A stretch of DNA of 64,000 nt from assembly GCA_964035575.1 (NCBI GenBank), contig OZ037845.1:1550001-1614000 (forward strand), in the 5' to 3' direction. A program made the position numbers and the translations under genes. The DNA is from Rhynchopus sp. YZ270_cl-10. Taxonomy: Eukaryota. This document shows, piece after piece, positions 60,722-64,000 of the stretch (its first letter is position 1; every line of letters begins with the position of its first letter). The notes below the pieces were generated by a model. It saw only the letters and a program-made list of their open reading frames with translations, was not told where the DNA came from and made no database searches.

Positions 60722-63700
60722 ATGATTGTGATATCGATGCTCGCTCTTGCGGGGTGTCCCACTACAGACTGGGAGCAGGGTATCCTTGACTCACACAACA
60801 CATGGCGTGCAGCAACATCGCCACCTGCAAAGGACATGGTCCGCATCAGGTGGGACACGAACATCCAAGCCAACATGGCTGCACACCTGAGCACCTGCGA
60901 CAGTCAGTGGCCACACTCCGACCAGAATACACAACGCAAAGATGTTGGTGGGTACGAGTGGCTTGGTGAGAACCTGGCGTACTGTGCTGGCACTGGTTGT
61001 GATGCAAAGCTGGCCAGCGGCACTCCTGGGTACATCGGGAAGGGGTGGTGGGACGAGAAGGATGACTACAACTACGCCACAGACACGTCGAGCGGCATCA
61101 CGTCGCACTACACACAGATGGCATCCTCGAACATCTATGCAATGGGATGTGTGGCACAGAAGTGTGCTGGTCCTGGTCCTTACAACTGGCAGGGAGAATG
61201 GTGGTGGTTCGGCTGTCAGTACGGTGAGCGTGGTCGTGGGTACTGGTCTGGCACGAAGCCTTTCGATGAGGGGACAGGTGGTTTGATTGAGCCTGACGCC
61301 ACTGTGTTCACAAAGAACCCTGGTCTCTGCCAGACTGCTCCCGGCTCACCTGCTGTGACACCCACAACTGCTCCTGCGACAGCCTCACCCGTTGTTGTCA
61401 CCTCAGCACCAGCAGGTGCACCTGGTGGAGGCACACCACCTGCTGGTGGAGGTGGCAGCACGTGCCCTTTGACCGACTGGGAACAGGGTATCCTTGACTC
61501 GCACAACACATGGCGTGCAGCAACATCGCCACCTGCAAAGGACATGGTCCGCATCAGGTGGGACACGAACATCCAAGCCAACATGGCTGCACACCTGCGC
61601 ACCTGCGACAGTCAGTGGCCACACTCCGACCAGAATACACAGCGCAAAGATGTTGGTGGGTACGAGTGGCTTGGTGAGAACCTGGCGTACTGTGCTGGCA
61701 CTGGTTGTGATGCAAAGCTGGCCAGCGGCACTCCTGGGTACATCGGGAAGGGATGGTGGGACGAGAAGGATGACTACAACTACGCCACAGACACGTCGAG
61801 CGGCATCACGTCGCACTACACACAGATGGCATCCTCGAACATCTACGCAATGGGATGTGTGGCACAGAAGTGTTCTGGTCCTGGTCCTTACAACTGGCAG
61901 GGAGAGTGGTGGTGGTTTGGCTGTCAGTACGGTGAGCGTGGTCGTGGGTACTGGTCTGGCACGAAGCCTTTCGATGAGGGGACAGGTGGTTTGATTGAGC
62001 CTGACGCCACTGTGTTCACAAAGAACCCTGGTCTGTGCAAGGATGGCGGCTCACCTGCTGTGACACCCACAACTGCTCCTGCGACAGCCTCACCCGTTGT
62101 TGTCACCTCAGCACCAGCAGGTGCGCCTGGTGGAGGCACACCACCTGCTGGTGGAGGTGGCAGCACGTGCCCTTTGACAGACTGGGAACAGGGTATCCTT
62201 GACTCACACAACACATGGCGTGCAGCAACATCGCCACCTGCAAAGGACATGGTCCGCATCAGGTGGGACACGAACATCCAAGCCAACATGGCTGCACACC
62301 TGAGCACCTGCGACAGTCAGTGGCCACACTCCGACCAGAATACACAGCGCAAAGATGTTGGTGGGTACGAGTGGCTTGGTGAGAACCTGGCGTACTGTGC
62401 TGGCACTGGTTGTGCTGCAAAGCTGGCCAGCGGCACTCCTGGGTACATCGGGAAGGGGTGGTGGGACGAGAAGGATGACTACAACTACGCCACAGACACG
62501 TCGAGCGGCATCACATCGCACTACACACAGATGGCATCCTCGAACATCTACGCAATGGGATGTGTGGCACAGAAGTGTGCTGGTCCTGGTCCTTACAACT
62601 GGCAGGGAGAGTGGTGGTGGTTTGGCTGTCAGTACGGTGAGCGTGGTCGTGGGTACTGGTCTGGCACGAAGCCTTTCGATGAGGGGACAGGTGGTCTGAT
62701 TGAGCCTGACGCCACTGTGTTCACAAAGAACCCTGGTCTGTGCAAGGATGCCAGCACTGCCGTGACCACTGCACCTGCTGTTGTCACACCGACGACAGCA
62801 CCAACAACTACGGCACCTGACACAACAGCACCTGTGACCACCGCACCTACTGCGGCTGTTGTTACCTCTGCCCCTGGTGTCGTCGCACAGACGAATGCAC
62901 CTGCTCTTGCGACAGCCTCACCCGTTGTTGTCACCTCAGCACCAGCAGGTGCGCCTGGTGGAGGCACACCACCTGCTGGTGGAGGTGGCAGCACGTGCCC
63001 TTTGACAGACTGGGAGCAGGGTATCCTTGACTCACACAACACATGGCGTGCAGCAACATCGCCACCTGCAAAGGACATGGTCCGCATCAGGTGGGACACG
63101 AACATACAAGCAAACATGGCTGCACACCTGCGCACCTGCGACAGTCAGTGGCCACACTCCGACCAGAATACACAGCGCAAAGACGTTGGTGGGTACGAGT
63201 GGCTTGGTGAGAACCTGGCGTACTGTGCTGGCACTGGTTGTGCTGCAAAGCTGGCCAGCGGTACTCCTGGGTACATCGGGAAGGGATGGTGGGACGAGAA
63301 GGATGACTACAACTACGCCACAGACACGTCGAGCGGCATCACATCGCACTACACACAGATGGCGTCTTCGAACATCTATGCAATGGGATGTGTGGCACAG
63401 AAGTGTGCTGGTCCTGGTCCTTACAACTGGCAGGGAGAATGGTGGTGGTTTGGCTGTCAGTACGGTGAGCGTGGTCGTGGGTACTGGTCTGGCACGAAGC
63501 CTTTCGATGAGGGGACAGGTGGTCTGATTGAGCCTGACGCCACTGTGTTCACAAAGAACCCTGGTCTGTGCAAGGATGCCAGCACTGCCGTGACCACTGC
63601 ACCTGCTGTTGTCACACCGACGACAGCACCAACAACTACGGCACCTGACACAACAGCACCTGTGACCACCGCACCTACTGCGGCTGTTGTTACCTCTGCC

Positions 63701-64000
63701 CCTGGTGTCGTCGCACAGACGAATGCACCTGCGACGGTGATGCCTGCTACGGACACTCCAGTTACCACTGCACCTACTGTGACAGCTGCACCTGTACCTT
63801 CTGTGTCACCTGAAACTTCTGTACCCGTGACTGCAGCACAAACTACTGCGCCTGTTACTATGGCTCCCAAGACGACTGCTCCTGTTACCCTAACCCCTGA
63901 GACTGTGGCACCTGTGACGATTGCACCTGTTTCTGTTGTCACAGCAACACCTGTTACTTCTGCACCAGTTCTAGTTTCCTCCCTACCTGCGACTTCTCCA
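60722..64000 (+). CDS. Paralogous multi-CAP protein with 4 CAP domains and mucin-like Thr/Ala/Pro stalk; runs off the window
   Basis: Same start (MIVISMLALAG); CAP units at ~60755, 61463, 62168 and 62996; no stop before the end. Confidence 0.9.
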   Translation, partial: MIVISMLALAGCPTTDWEQGILDSHNTWRAATSPPAKDMVRIRWDTNIQANMAAHLSTCDSQWPHSDQNTQRKDVGGYEWLGENLAYCAGTGCDAKLASGTPGYIGKGWWDEKDDYNYATDTSSGITSHYTQMASSNIYAMGCVAQKCAGPGPYNWQGEWWWFGCQYGERGRGYWSGTKPFDEGTGGLIEPDATVFTKNPGLCQTAPGSPAVTPTTAPATASPVVVTSAPAGAPGGGTPPAGGGGSTCPLTDWEQGILDSHNTWRAATSPPAKDMVRIRWDTNIQANMAAHLRTCDSQWPHSDQNTQRKDVGGYEWLGENLAYCAGTGCDAKLASGTPGYIGKGWWDEKDDYNYATDTSSGITSHYTQMASSNIYAMGCVAQKCSGPGPYNWQGEWWWFGCQYGERGRGYWSGTKPFDEGTGGLIEPDATVFTKNPGLCKDGGSPAVTPTTAPATASPVVVTSAPAGAPGGGTPPAGGGGSTCPLTDWEQGILDSHNTWRAATSPPAKDMVRIRWDTNIQANMAAHLSTCDSQWPHSDQNTQRKDVGGYEWLGENLAYCAGTGCAAKLASGTPGYIGKGWWDEKDDYNYATDTSSGITSHYTQMASSNIYAMGCVAQKCAGPGPYNWQGEWWWFGCQYGERGRGYWSGTKPFDEGTGGLIEPDATVFTKNPGLCKDASTAVTTAPAVVTPTTAPTTTAPDTTAPVTTAPTAAVVTSAPGVVAQTNAPALATASPVVVTSAPAGAPGGGTPPAGGGGSTCPLTDWEQGILDSHNTWRAATSPPAKDMVRIRWDTNIQANMAAHLRTCDSQWPHSDQNTQRKDVGGYEWLGENLAYCAGTGCAAKLASGTPGYIGKGWWDEKDDYNYATDTSSGITSHYTQMASSNIYAMGCVAQKCAGPGPYNWQGEWWWFGCQYGERGRGYWSGTKPFDEGTGGLIEPDATVFTKNPGLCKDASTAVTTAPAVVTPTTAPTTTAPDTTAPVTTAPTAAVVTSAPGVVAQTNAPATVMPATDTPVTTAPTVTAAPVPSVSPETSVPVTAAQTTAPVTMAPKTTAPVTLTPETVAPVTIAPVSVVTATPVTSAPVLVSSLPATSP

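Noticed and set aside
2049..63942. Long minus-strand ORFs overlapping genes
   Set aside because: Antisense shadows of GC-rich or repetitive + strand coding sequence.

Overview
Eukaryotic nuclear DNA. All ~19 supported protein genes lie on the + strand and several carry canonical GT-AG introns (many only 46-56 nt). This co-directional layout resembles euglenozoan polycistronic clusters; a diplonemid is a plausible source, but that is inference. Genes include a coiled-coil protein, lipin (with a WW-like insert), a theta-like GST, two LRR proteins, a WD40-like protein, two EF-hand proteins, a CCHC zinc-knuckle protein, METTL5, a FYVE protein and a GT77-like glycosyltransferase with a PAN/apple-like insert. 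Three tandemly duplicated secreted or surface families are also present: pacifastin/VWC-like repeat proteins, pectin acetylesterase/Notum-family hydrolases and multi-CAP-domain proteins. Intergenic and intronic DNA is packed with non-autonomous transposons definable by terminal inverted repeats (TIRs) plus target-site duplications (TSDs). The most striking is a family with TGGTG...CACCA ends, perfect 5-bp TSDs, subterminal 10-11-bp repeat blocks in DIRECT orientation and GTAC/GTATAC microsatellite cargo (9542-11155, 40741-41683, 42508-42967). Also notable: two different hAT-type elements inserted 1 bp apart in two copies of one host repeat, a 1.2-kb fold-back palindrome, internal modules shared between elements with unrelated termini, and short sense-strand intergenic motifs recurring across the window.
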